The notes beneath the pieces were generated by a model. The model was given only the letters and a program-made list of their open reading frames with translations. It did no database searches and was not told the origin of the DNA. From positions 14,975-78,974 of IMG/VR virus record IMGVR_UViG_3300012936_003649: 64,000 nucleotides of DNA. The stretch is one strand, 5' to 3'. The position numbers were made by a program, and so were the translations under genes. This document shows, one piece after another, positions 39,747 to 48,821 of the stretch (position 1 is its first letter; every line of letters starts with the position of its first letter). Origin of the DNA: a virus.

Positions 39747-40877
39747 ATGACTGAAGATTTGAAATGGAGTAACTATGACTTCACAAAAATACCTTTTGAT
39801 GACATTGTTAGTGTGGGTCAACGCACTTCGCTTTATCGCGATTTATTTACTGTATCCTGGTTACTCGGAAGGTTCTGTAACTACAGATGTTCATACTGCT
39901 GGCCCTACGCAAGATCAGATCGTAAAGATCACCGTCCTACCGAGTTATGCTTGCGTACAGTGGATGAGATTAAACGTCAAGCCAGAGACAACGGTTTCAA
40001 CAGTTTCCACTTCTCCTTGTCAGGAGGAGAGCCTACATTCCATCCTGGATACTTGGACATTCTAAAACATTTAGCAGATGATGCACCTAACACAAATTAT
40101 ACAAGTATTCATATGACTAGTAATTGTAGCAGACCTATGAAATGGTTTGAAACTTATGTTGAATATGCAAAACCATTCCACCGTGCCAGCATTACTGCTA
40201 GTTTACATGTTGAACATGTAAATACAAAAGAGAAGATGCAAGATTTTGCAGATAAATTAAATTTATGTCAGGAGTATGATGTTCAAGTTACAATCAATCA
40301 AGTTATGGTTCCAGAACATTTCGAAAGAGACTGGGAAAATGCTCTCTTCTTTCATGAACAAGGAATCAACGTTACCCTTAAACCTCAGTCGGATCCGACT
40401 GCGTCCAGAGTGGTTGATGGATACAAAGACGCAGACCTCAAAAGACTCTGGAACGGTATGCCACAAAGGGCGTACACAGAAAGTAAAAGGGTCTGGGCAG
40501 ACAGACCTAAAGCGTCATTCGAAATACCTCATGGAGTAGAAGGCAAGAACGATGCAAGTGTGCCTTGGCATATGCAGGTAGAATTAAAAGATTCTAAAGG
40601 CAAAAAATGGTATATGGACCAAGCAGAACGTTTTAATGCCTTTAATTTCAATAATTTCGAAGGATGGCGGTGTAACGCCGGTTTTAGCGGACTAATAATA
40701 CGCGAGCCAGACGGTAGCGTAAAAAGGAGTTATTCATGCCACGATGCACCACTAGGCAATATAGAAACAGGATTCGAACTGTTTAAGACACCTAAAACAT
40801 GCATCACCAAAAGTTGTGTAAGTTCTGCTGATTCAAAGATACCAAAGCGTAAAACTACTTCACTTCAAAGCAGTTAA
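39747..40877 (+). CDS. Radical SAM enzyme with C-terminal SPASM-like domain
   Basis: CNYRCSYC, LSGGEPT, TSN; C-terminal CNAG...DG.V.RSYSC...LGNI...C....C.SSAD. Confidence 0.9.
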   Translation: MTEDLKWSNYDFTKIPFDDIVSVGQRTSLYRDLFTVSWLLGRFCNYRCSYCWPYARSDRKDHRPTELCLRTVDEIKRQARDNGFNSFHFSLSGGEPTFHPGYLDILKHLADDAPNTNYTSIHMTSNCSRPMKWFETYVEYAKPFHRASITASLHVEHVNTKEKMQDFADKLNLCQEYDVQVTINQVMVPEHFERDWENALFFHEQGINVTLKPQSDPTASRVVDGYKDADLKRLWNGMPQRAYTESKRVWADRPKASFEIPHGVEGKNDASVPWHMQVELKDSKGKKWYMDQAERFNAFNFNNFEGWRCNAGFSGLIIREPDGSVKRSYSCHDAPLGNIETGFELFKTPKTCITKSCVSSADSKIPKRKTTSLQSS

Positions 40878-41643
40878 TTATTCTATTACCTTTACTGAAT
40901 GTTGGAAATGTAATTTCCTTTGGTAAATGATGAACGTTGCCCTGCGGGTCTTTTGCTGTTCCAGAAGAAATGTCAACTACATTATAATCTTGGTCAGTCC
41001 ATCCACCTGTTGATTGTCCTATCATAACTTCATGCTCATCTGATTCGTTATGGTTGCGTCCTTGCTGTGGATATCCAATGCCTATGCCGTATTCTAATTG
41101 TTTTGTTCCGTTACTAATATCTTCTGCTATGTTGAGCCTTTTAAACCAATACTCTTTATCAGGCGGCGCACTCATATTTTTATTGAATCCAGTAACATAT
41201 CCCATTTCAGCGGCAGACCGTGCAACTAGACCCATAGCCATTCCTATCGAAGCCAAACAGTTATCACGTCTATTAGCGTGTTCAGGTGATCTTCCTGTTC
41301 CATCAGCATTGAAGTTACGCATTGTGTCAGGAAACTTGCTAACAAAACACATGTAAAAGTTAGCACCCATTTGCGGATTCTTCCAACAAGAAGGTGGCAA
41401 TGTAGGATCACCAGGATGTGGTGTAGCAGTAAAGCCCCAAGTATAATCTAACATCTCTTTAATTACTTCTGGTTTACGAATAAAATATACATCATAATAT
41501 GCTTCATGCTGTTTGCTTGGAGCGTTTTGAGCAATCCATAACCAATGATTGATATGCTCTTGTGGTATTTCTTTTGATAAATCCCAATTTCTTTGGCATC
41601 GTTGGATTGTTTTGATGTAATCTTTTTCTTTGTCCATATCCAT
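40855..41643 (-). CDS. Nitroreductase family protein
   Basis: RCQRNWD..K.IP........A..APSKQ...IGMAMG.....A..MGY.TG...IGIGYP. Confidence 0.75.
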   Translation of the reverse strand: MDMDKEKDYIKTIQRCQRNWDLSKEIPQEHINHWLWIAQNAPSKQHEAYYDVYFIRKPEVIKEMLDYTWGFTATPHPGDPTLPPSCWKNPQMGANFYMCFVSKFPDTMRNFNADGTGRSPEHANRRDNCLASIGMAMGLVARSAAEMGYVTGFNKNMSAPPDKEYWFKRLNIAEDISNGTKQLEYGIGIGYPQQGRNHNESDEHEVMIGQSTGGWTDQDYNVVDISSGTAKDPQGNVHHLPKEITFPTFSKGNRIINCFEVK

Positions 41644-41648
41644 ATAAC

Positions 41649-41693
41649 TACTTATCCACCTTTATAGTTGCCAAATGCTATAACAGATAATTA
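41649..41693. promoter_or_regulatory. Divergent late-type boxes GATAAGTA (-, 41656-41649) and GATAATTA (+, 41686-41693)
   Basis: Each box lies exactly 5 nt before its ATG (41643 on -, 41699 on +). Confidence 0.45.
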
Positions 41694-41698
41694 CTAAT

Positions 41699-42328
41699 AT
41701 GCACGATAATTTTATTTTGTATAACATGTTGGCTAGTTATGGCGTGGCTAGTAGACTTAATTTTAAAATTCCGCGTCCTTCTGCGTTCGTAGAATGGACA
41801 GAAAATAATTTTGAATATGTAAAATACAATCCAAGAAAAGATATAAACCGTTATGGTTTAAGTATTACTAGTTTAGATGGCGGTCTATCTGGTAGACCAG
41901 ATTTAGATAGTTTAAATGAATATAATGCAGAATCTAATACCAAGTATGAAGAAACGGATTTTAATGTATTAACAGATGTGTATCATAAAAGTGCAGATTT
42001 ACAAAAACTAGTAGATCCATGGAAAGAAGATATTTTTAGAACTCATATTTTAAAAATAAATCCAGGAGGATATTTTCCTCCTCATAGAGATTATCGTGGA
42101 ACATTATTTGATAGTTTTAGATTAATTGTTTCTTTAAAGAATCAATGTAAATTTTTAATTGAAGAACGCCCTATTAATTTTATAGACGGAAGCATGTATT
42201 TTATTGATACTGCTAAAGAACATACATTATTTAATGTACATGATCAACCTAGTTATTGGATAGTTTTTAATGTGCAATTAAATGAAAAGACTGTAAACAA
42301 AGTTACCGAGAATTTTAGCGTACGATGA
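41699..42328 (+). CDS. 2OG-Fe(II) oxygenase, Asp/Asn beta-hydroxylase-like
   Basis: RTHILKINPGGYFPPHRD...DTAKEHTLFN. Confidence 0.7.
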   Translation: MHDNFILYNMLASYGVASRLNFKIPRPSAFVEWTENNFEYVKYNPRKDINRYGLSITSLDGGLSGRPDLDSLNEYNAESNTKYEETDFNVLTDVYHKSADLQKLVDPWKEDIFRTHILKINPGGYFPPHRDYRGTLFDSFRLIVSLKNQCKFLIEERPINFIDGSMYFIDTAKEHTLFNVHDQPSYWIVFNVQLNEKTVNKVTENFSVR

Positions 42329-42882
42329 TTATAACAACAATTACTGATGATCTAATTCCTGCCTTAGAAGTATTCTGCTTTAAAGCAAAACAACTGAAGT
42401 ACGAAAACAACAGCAGTTTAAAAGCAATGAAATTTGATTGGTGCAAAGAACATGGCGAATATTTTTGTGCAATACGTGACGGATTCATAGTAGCAGTAGC
42501 AGGATGTCATCCTTTGCCTGAAGTAGATGACTCTGCTTGGCGTATATTATTTAGAGGTTGTGAACTACCAAATAAAGATGTATTCAAAGGAATGGGCAAA
42601 GGCGACTGGAATAGTATAACACAACGTGAAATTATTCCACGTTTTATCGAATGGTGTCCTACTGATCAATTGTATATTACAACAAATACTTATCATGAAC
42701 ATTCTAACGGTAAAGCCGCACGTAACCATAGACTAATGGGCCTATTAGCAAAACAAAAAATACTTGACAAACATAGCGAAATGATGCTATACTATACAGA
42801 GCAAACTGTCTGGAAATTAAATATACAAGAATATACCAGACGCAGAAATTTGTTGGAAGGAAACTATGTGGTACAATCCTAA
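42325..42882 (+). CDS. GNAT-like acyltransferase
   Basis: YFCAIRDGFIVAVAGCH...WRILFRG..LP....G.G pattern. Confidence 0.45.
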   Translation: MIITTITDDLIPALEVFCFKAKQLKYENNSSLKAMKFDWCKEHGEYFCAIRDGFIVAVAGCHPLPEVDDSAWRILFRGCELPNKDVFKGMGKGDWNSITQREIIPRFIEWCPTDQLYITTNTYHEHSNGKAARNHRLMGLLAKQKILDKHSEMMLYYTEQTVWKLNIQEYTRRRNLLEGNYVVQS

Positions 42883-43123
42883 ACATTTACAAGAAGCAAA
42901 AACAAAAGCAGGTAGGCCTGATGCAGGTTATTGGTGGCATTTTAGACTTGCTATAAACGAATTCTTTTTCCTATTACTAGTTTGTATAGGAAGTTTAGTT
43001 CACGCTATTTTCCCTTGGGTACTTGACTTTAAATTATTAGAATGGCGTATTAATCGTCTTAAAGAACTCAAGCGAAAATTGCCTGACGATCCACAATTAC
43101 AGAAGGTACATTTTGATGACTAA
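42866..43123 (+). CDS. Small membrane-associated protein (DUF6356-like)
   Basis: HL......Y..HF..A...hydrophobic stretch...VHAIFP. Confidence 0.5.
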   Translation: MWYNPKHLQEAKTKAGRPDAGYWWHFRLAINEFFFLLLVCIGSLVHAIFPWVLDFKLLEWRINRLKELKRKLPDDPQLQKVHFDD

Positions 43124-43946
43124 CGTTTTAGATTTAATTGCATACAAAGATGGTGAATACAAAAGGTTGAGAGATATAGGACCAACTATACTCGACTTTG
43201 GATTTATACATTGCGATGCAACATATGATGTTATGCCTGTGTATAATGGCAAAGCATTTTGTTATGAAAGACATTTACAAAGATTTAAAAATAGTGCAGA
43301 AAGATATGGTTTAAGTTTACCTGATCCTGAATGGACAGATCCTTTAGAAATAACAAGACAACTTGCAAAACGCAATCCTATCCAAAATGCATTTGTTTGG
43401 TTTTTAGCATGGAGAGGGTATCCACCTAGTGGTAACCCAAGAGACTTAGAAAATTGTAAAACACATTTTGCTATGTATATAAAACCAAGTTACCCAATCG
43501 GTAAAAAGCCAATTATTAATATTGCATTGGATGAAGAAACTAACCGTGTTAATGATGACTACTACGGCCAAACTTATAAAAATATGGCGTGGATCGAACT
43601 AACAATGAGCCAGCGTAACAGACCAGAAGGAAGCGACACAACCGTATTAGTAGACGTTGATGGAAATATTACTGAAGGTCCTGGATTCAATGTAGGTATT
43701 GTAATTGATGGTAAAGTATACACTGCTGATAAAAATGTTCTCAAAGGTGTAACTATGAGTGTAGTGGAAGATATTGTAGACTTGACTAGGCGCCCTATTT
43801 CAAAAAAAGAATTCTTAGACGCAGATGAAGTTTTTATTACAAGTTCAAGCGGTGGAGTAACAGAAACGCAACGCTCAGGACCTGTAACAAAAATGCTTAT
43901 TGAAGAATACGAAAAGAAAAAAGAAGAATATGGAACCTTATTATAA
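43113..43946 (+). CDS. PLP-dependent class IV aminotransferase, (R)-amine transaminase-like
   Basis: DFGFIHCDATYDV...HLQRF..SA, catalytic YKNMAW, TEGPGFN, VLKGVT, DEVFITSSSGG. Confidence 0.85.
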   Translation: MMTNVLDLIAYKDGEYKRLRDIGPTILDFGFIHCDATYDVMPVYNGKAFCYERHLQRFKNSAERYGLSLPDPEWTDPLEITRQLAKRNPIQNAFVWFLAWRGYPPSGNPRDLENCKTHFAMYIKPSYPIGKKPIINIALDEETNRVNDDYYGQTYKNMAWIELTMSQRNRPEGSDTTVLVDVDGNITEGPGFNVGIVIDGKVYTADKNVLKGVTMSVVEDIVDLTRRPISKKEFLDADEVFITSSSGGVTETQRSGPVTKMLIEEYEKKKEEYGTLL

Positions 43947-44427
43947 ACTTGTTCCATATGCAATCACAGAGGATACAAAGCAAAAAATATTAAGTTTTGC
44001 TCACGCCCCTAATGCATTTGTTGATATTAGTTACAAGATAAGTTTTTTTAAATTACCTAGCACAATACAACATTTCAACACAACAGGATTAGATTGTGTA
44101 TGTCAAATGTTAAAAGTAAATGAGTCTGGTAGCACTGTACACAAGGACAAAAACAGACACAACGAATTTGATGGTACTTGGATACCTAGACAGACTGTTG
44201 TAAGTTTTCCTTTAACAGATAATTGTGGATCTACTCATTTCTTTGATGACAATAAAAATTTTGTTTGTGATATTGATTACGAAGGGCATGGAGCAATACT
44301 AAACACTGGCGAACATTATCATAATGTAAACTTTACAAAGACAAACAATGAAAGAATAGTATTTCAATTTTGTTTTGAAGAATCATTTGATAAAGTGTGC
44401 AAACTTTGGAATAATATAAAAATATGA
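43930..44427 (+). CDS. 2OG-Fe(II) oxygenase-like/cupin protein
   Basis: HKD...FPL...T.F...LNT..HYHNV......RIVFQ. Confidence 0.5.
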   Translation: MEPYYKLVPYAITEDTKQKILSFAHAPNAFVDISYKISFFKLPSTIQHFNTTGLDCVCQMLKVNESGSTVHKDKNRHNEFDGTWIPRQTVVSFPLTDNCGSTHFFDDNKNFVCDIDYEGHGAILNTGEHYHNVNFTKTNNERIVFQFCFEESFDKVCKLWNNIKI

Positions 44428-45008
44428 ATACTGAAAATTATATATACGAGTTAGATGATTTTATTGATTGTTTATATGTTTACAATAAAGCACAAAATTT
44501 ATTAAGTGAAGATTGGTTAGAATTACCTGATCCGTATGCTTTAGGACAATATACAGATAATGAGAATTACTATATAAAAGTAGACGGTGATGATTATCTA
44601 TCAAATATAAAGAAAAAATTTCCTAAATTAAAACCTTACATAAAAATTCTAAAATCAGAAAAAGGCGTATGGCCGGCTCATGTTGATAATTGGCGAGTTA
44701 CTGCAATTAACATACCTTTGTCAAATGTAGAAGGCTGTGATACGATTTTTTATAAAGACAACTATGTAAAAAAAGAATCAATGTTTAGTCCATTTGGTAA
44801 AACAAAAGGAACATGGAAGTCTAATAAATGGGTAACTTATATTGAAACAAAGGACGAGTTATTCAAACATCAACTTACCAAACCTACTATTATTAACACA
44901 AATCAACCCCATAGTATTGTAAAGCATACAGAAGGATATAGAATAATCGCTAGTTGGACATATGATGAACCTTTTGAACAAGCGATTAAAGATTTTTCAT
45001 GCCAGTAA
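44424..45008 (+). CDS. 2OG-Fe(II) oxygenase-like protein
   Basis: PAHVD..R..AINIP...T.F...INTNQPHSI......RIIAS. Confidence 0.55.
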   Translation: MNTENYIYELDDFIDCLYVYNKAQNLLSEDWLELPDPYALGQYTDNENYYIKVDGDDYLSNIKKKFPKLKPYIKILKSEKGVWPAHVDNWRVTAINIPLSNVEGCDTIFYKDNYVKKESMFSPFGKTKGTWKSNKWVTYIETKDELFKHQLTKPTIINTNQPHSIVKHTEGYRIIASWTYDEPFEQAIKDFSCQ

Positions 45009-45634
45009 ATATAACAGATAAAGATGAAGTATTTGATGACAATTTTTGGAATCAATTATACAAAAAAGAATTAGTGCCTTGGAGCAATGCACCTGCAAAT
45101 CTACTTAAAAATTTTGTAGAATATTTGCCTAAAGGTGCTAAGATATTAGACTTAGGTTGCGGAAGAGGACGCAATAGTTTTTTCTTAGAAAGATTAGGAT
45201 TTGAAGTTTTAGGTTTAGATATATCTGAAACAGCAATACAACAAGCAAAAGATAAAAACAGTAAATGTAAATTTAAAGTATTTGATCTTATGCACGAGGA
45301 ATGGCCTAAAGATTTTGATGCTGTTATTGATTTCGGCTTTTATCATTTTTTACCAAGTCAGTATAGAAAAGAATATGTAAGTAAATTAAATAATACATTA
45401 AATAATAAAGGAATATATTGTCAACAGTCTGGTAGAAATGATATCGAACATTCATATAATAGAATACCTGGTGAGTATGTACCACCAGAACTCAACAAAG
45501 AAGATATTGTGTTTAACAATTATACTGTTATACTTTGTGAAGAACTTACAATCCCTCCACATGACCATTGGGGAAAGTATCCTTGTTGGAATCTAATAGC
45601 GAGGAAAAATTTTGAAAACAGCAATAATTTTTAA
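44999..45634 (+). CDS. Class I SAM-dependent methyltransferase
   Basis: ILDLGCGRG, GLDISETAI, FDAVIDFGFYH. Confidence 0.9.
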   Translation: MPVNITDKDEVFDDNFWNQLYKKELVPWSNAPANLLKNFVEYLPKGAKILDLGCGRGRNSFFLERLGFEVLGLDISETAIQQAKDKNSKCKFKVFDLMHEEWPKDFDAVIDFGFYHFLPSQYRKEYVSKLNNTLNNKGIYCQQSGRNDIEHSYNRIPGEYVPPELNKEDIVFNNYTVILCEELTIPPHDHWGKYPCWNLIARKNFENSNNF

Positions 45635-47093
45635 TGATAGCGGCTGGCAAATAACCAGACGTACTATGGGTGCATACAAAGTTGCTCATATGATGAGGTC
45701 GTATGGATGGAATGTAGAAGTTGTAGATTGGATTACTAAATGGAAAGATACAGAAATACTAGAATTTTTAGGTAATTGTAAAAAAATAGATCTAATAGGA
45801 TTTGGTAATCTTTGGTTAGAAGATAGTTTTGTAAAAGATAAAATTGCCTTAATTAAAAAAAATTATCCTACAGTTAAATTTATATTAGGAAGTCCTAAAC
45901 CATATCAACAAGACTTTGGTGCAGATGTAATGATTTTTGGTTATTCAGAACATGCTCTTAAACCTGTGCTTGATTGGATGTTTGATAACGGAAGAAAACC
46001 TAAAGGAAAATATCCTAGTTGGGCTCCTAATAGTTATCTAATAGATGCTAATCATTTGTATCCTGCTCTACAAATAGGCAGTTATGATGTAGAATATCAA
46101 GATAATGATTTTGTTTTGCCAACAGATGTTTTAACATTAGAAATGACTAGAGGTTGTAGATTTAGATGTAAGTATTGCAGTTACGCATTCCTTGGAGTAA
46201 AAGAAGATTATAGTAGATGTGAAGAAAGCATTTACCATGAAATGATGGACAATTACAATAAATGGGGAACTGTTAATTATGTTATTGCTGACGATACGTT
46301 TAATGATAGAGACATCAAGATAGAAAGACTAGCAAATGTCGTCAAGCGATTACCTTTCCAGCCTAACTTTAGTGCTTTTATTAGACTAGATTTAGTTTTA
46401 CTTCGTCCTAAGCAATTACAACTATTAATTGATGCTAGAGTATGGGCTCACTTTTATGGTATAGAAACATTACATCCAGAAGCCGCTAAAGCAATAGGCA
46501 AAGGTATGCACCCAAGCAAAATAAAAGATGGATTATTAAGTGTAAGAGAATCATTCAGAAATGCTTTAGGACTTTATAGAGGCACATGCGGCATGATAGC
46601 AGGATTACCTTTTGAGCCTATAGAAAGTTGGCACGAGAGTTTAGAATGGATGGATAAGAACTGGGAGTGTTATTTGTTTTGGGCTTTACATATTAGCACC
46701 GATAAAGATATACAAACACATAGTGACTTTAGTATTGATGCAAAAAAATATGGGTACAACCCAACAGAAGATGTAGAAATGTTAAGTTGGGCAGAACAAC
46801 AAGGTTTGTTAGACATACATTCTGAAAATACACATAAACTAGACAGGCATATAATGATATGGGAAGCAGACTGGGCAAACTTTAAAGATGCATCCGAGTT
46901 TGCAACTATGTACAATAAAAATTATTTTCCTAAAATAAAGGTTCCTAATTTTGAACTTTTAAATTATTGGAATTATAATAATTTTATAAATTTTACTGCA
47001 CAAGATGCTTATATAGATGCAAAGTTCAAAACAGCCGAAGATAATATGATTAAGGAATATATATTTAAGAAGTTGAAAAATGAAAAAAATTAA
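45612..47093 (+). CDS. Cobalamin-binding-type radical SAM enzyme
   Basis: RTMGAYKVAH.MR..G..VEVVD; TRGCRFRCKYC; ADDTFND; GIET; IAGLPFE. Confidence 0.85.
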   Translation: MKTAIIFNDSGWQITRRTMGAYKVAHMMRSYGWNVEVVDWITKWKDTEILEFLGNCKKIDLIGFGNLWLEDSFVKDKIALIKKNYPTVKFILGSPKPYQQDFGADVMIFGYSEHALKPVLDWMFDNGRKPKGKYPSWAPNSYLIDANHLYPALQIGSYDVEYQDNDFVLPTDVLTLEMTRGCRFRCKYCSYAFLGVKEDYSRCEESIYHEMMDNYNKWGTVNYVIADDTFNDRDIKIERLANVVKRLPFQPNFSAFIRLDLVLLRPKQLQLLIDARVWAHFYGIETLHPEAAKAIGKGMHPSKIKDGLLSVRESFRNALGLYRGTCGMIAGLPFEPIESWHESLEWMDKNWECYLFWALHISTDKDIQTHSDFSIDAKKYGYNPTEDVEMLSWAEQQGLLDIHSENTHKLDRHIMIWEADWANFKDASEFATMYNKNYFPKIKVPNFELLNYWNYNNFINFTAQDAYIDAKFKTAEDNMIKEYIFKKLKNEKN

Positions 47094-48114
47094 CGATGAT
47101 ATAAAATTAGATTTTTCTGACGTGCTAATAGAACCAATAGAAAGTTCTAAACCTCTCACACGTAAAAATGTTGATATAGAAATAGATTGGTTAGATACCA
47201 AAGCAACTCCTGTAATTGTTTCAAACATGCTTAGTACAGGAACTTATAAAATTGCAAATATACTTACACCATTGCGTATTTTTACTTTTTTACACAAAGA
47301 ATATACTGCTGAACAACATATAAAAGAATTACAAAAAATGTCTGACAGAAGATTTATTGCAATTACAAGCGGTGTACAATCATGGGATAAAGATAAAACA
47401 ATTGAAGTAGTAAGTAAGTTTCCTGACATAGGTATTATTAATGTTGATATTGCAAATGTATATGCTAACATGCAAGGAATGATTGATACAATTAAATTAT
47501 ATAGACAAAAATTTCCAAACATACATATAAGTGCTGGCAATGTAGCAACTCCAAATGTTGTATCTAAATTAGTTCAAGCAGGAGCAAACTTTATTAAGGT
47601 AGGAGTTGGTAGTGGTGCGGCTTGCAGAACACGCTCAGAAGTAGGAGTAGGTATACCTCAACTAAGTGCTATACTAGATTGTTATGAAACTGTTACTAGG
47701 AATGGTGCTCATATCATTTCAGATGGTGGCTGTGTAACTTCTGGAGATGTTTGTAAAGCAATAGGTGCAGGTGCTAAAATGGTTATGATAGCAGGGATGA
47801 TATCTAAAGCAGAAGAGTGTGATAATATTGTAGAAATTGACGGTAAAAAATATGTTAACTTTTATGGGCTAGGTAGCACAACTATGTATAACCGTACAAA
47901 TCCAACAGAACAAGAGTATAGACCTAACGAAGGTAGAGACTTGTTAATACCCGCAAAAGGGTCTGTTAAAAGCATTTTAAAGCAAATACAAGGGGGTTTA
48001 AGGAGTGTATGTACATATGTAGGTGCAGAGCATATAAACCAATTAAACAGCCGTACACGCTTTGTACGTGTCAATAATCAAATTAATAATAGTTTAGAAA
48101 AGTACGAAAAATGA
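47080..48114 (+). CDS. guaC: GMP reductase-like (IMPDH/GMPR family)
   Basis: KLDFSDVLI, AGNVAT, KVGVGSGAACRTR..GVGIPQLSAI, IISDGGC, FYG, GGLRSVCTYVGA; no CBS domain. Confidence 0.8.
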   Translation: MKKINDDIKLDFSDVLIEPIESSKPLTRKNVDIEIDWLDTKATPVIVSNMLSTGTYKIANILTPLRIFTFLHKEYTAEQHIKELQKMSDRRFIAITSGVQSWDKDKTIEVVSKFPDIGIINVDIANVYANMQGMIDTIKLYRQKFPNIHISAGNVATPNVVSKLVQAGANFIKVGVGSGAACRTRSEVGVGIPQLSAILDCYETVTRNGAHIISDGGCVTSGDVCKAIGAGAKMVMIAGMISKAEECDNIVEIDGKKYVNFYGLGSTTMYNRTNPTEQEYRPNEGRDLLIPAKGSVKSILKQIQGGLRSVCTYVGAEHINQLNSRTRFVRVNNQINNSLEKYEK

Positions 48115-48821
48115 TAAGTTTTGACAAAATATTAAATGAAGGAGTAACCATATCTAGTAGTGGTACAACCGGACCTTCAAAAGATATATTTCGTGATCCT
48201 GAAAATTTAAAAGAAGCAAATAAGATTGCAGTAGATGCACAAAATATATCAAGCACAAGTAAAATACTTACTGTGACTAGAATGACTCACGCTGGAGGAT
48301 TACTGGCTCAAAGTTTGCCAGCGTATAGTGTTGGCGCTGAAGTAACTATTTTAAAAAAATTTAATCCATTTACATTTCTCAAAAATTTTCAACACTACAC
48401 TCATACTTTTCTAGCACCTGCTCAGATGACTGCACTAATGAATACAAAAGGATTTAAAGATTGTGATCTTACAGGTAAAAGAATTTTAGGGGGAAGTGAT
48501 CCTGTAACTTGGGATATGATCGAAGCATTTGTAAACAAAGGTGCTATTGTGCAACCCAATTGGGGAATGAGCGAGATAGGACCAATTACTATTAATATTG
48601 AATTTGCTACAATGGAGCAAGTTGAATATGTAAAACAAAGATGTCCTGATGGCTACACAATCATGGGTAATAAATATTATTGTGATTGGAAAATAGTTGA
48701 CCATGAATTATATGTCAAAGGTCCAACATGCGTATATGATGATTGGTTTGCTACAGGTGATATAGTAGCACTAGATATGGGTAGGAGAATGTACTACCTA
48801 GGAAGAAAGGAAAATATATGA
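48111..48821 (+). CDS. Minimal AMP-binding (ANL superfamily) adenylation enzyme
   Basis: SSGTTGPSK P-loop, HAGG, WGMSE, WFATGD, YLGR; only 236 aa. Confidence 0.75.
   Translation: MISFDKILNEGVTISSSGTTGPSKDIFRDPENLKEANKIAVDAQNISSTSKILTVTRMTHAGGLLAQSLPAYSVGAEVTILKKFNPFTFLKNFQHYTHTFLAPAQMTALMNTKGFKDCDLTGKRILGGSDPVTWDMIEAFVNKGAIVQPNWGMSEIGPITINIEFATMEQVEYVKQRCPDGYTIMGNKYYCDWKIVDHELYVKGPTCVYDDWFATGDIVALDMGRRMYYLGRKENI

Noticed and set aside
18043-40877. Classical RiPP cluster
   Set aside because: No clear leader/core precursor, PqqD/RRE domain, peptidase or exporter was seen; kept only as a weak alternative through the 74-aa ORF.
25350-40877. Calling these radical SAM genes moaA, nrdG, pqqE or viperin
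   Set aside because: Only generic radical SAM motifs match; pathway partners and family-specific signatures were not seen.
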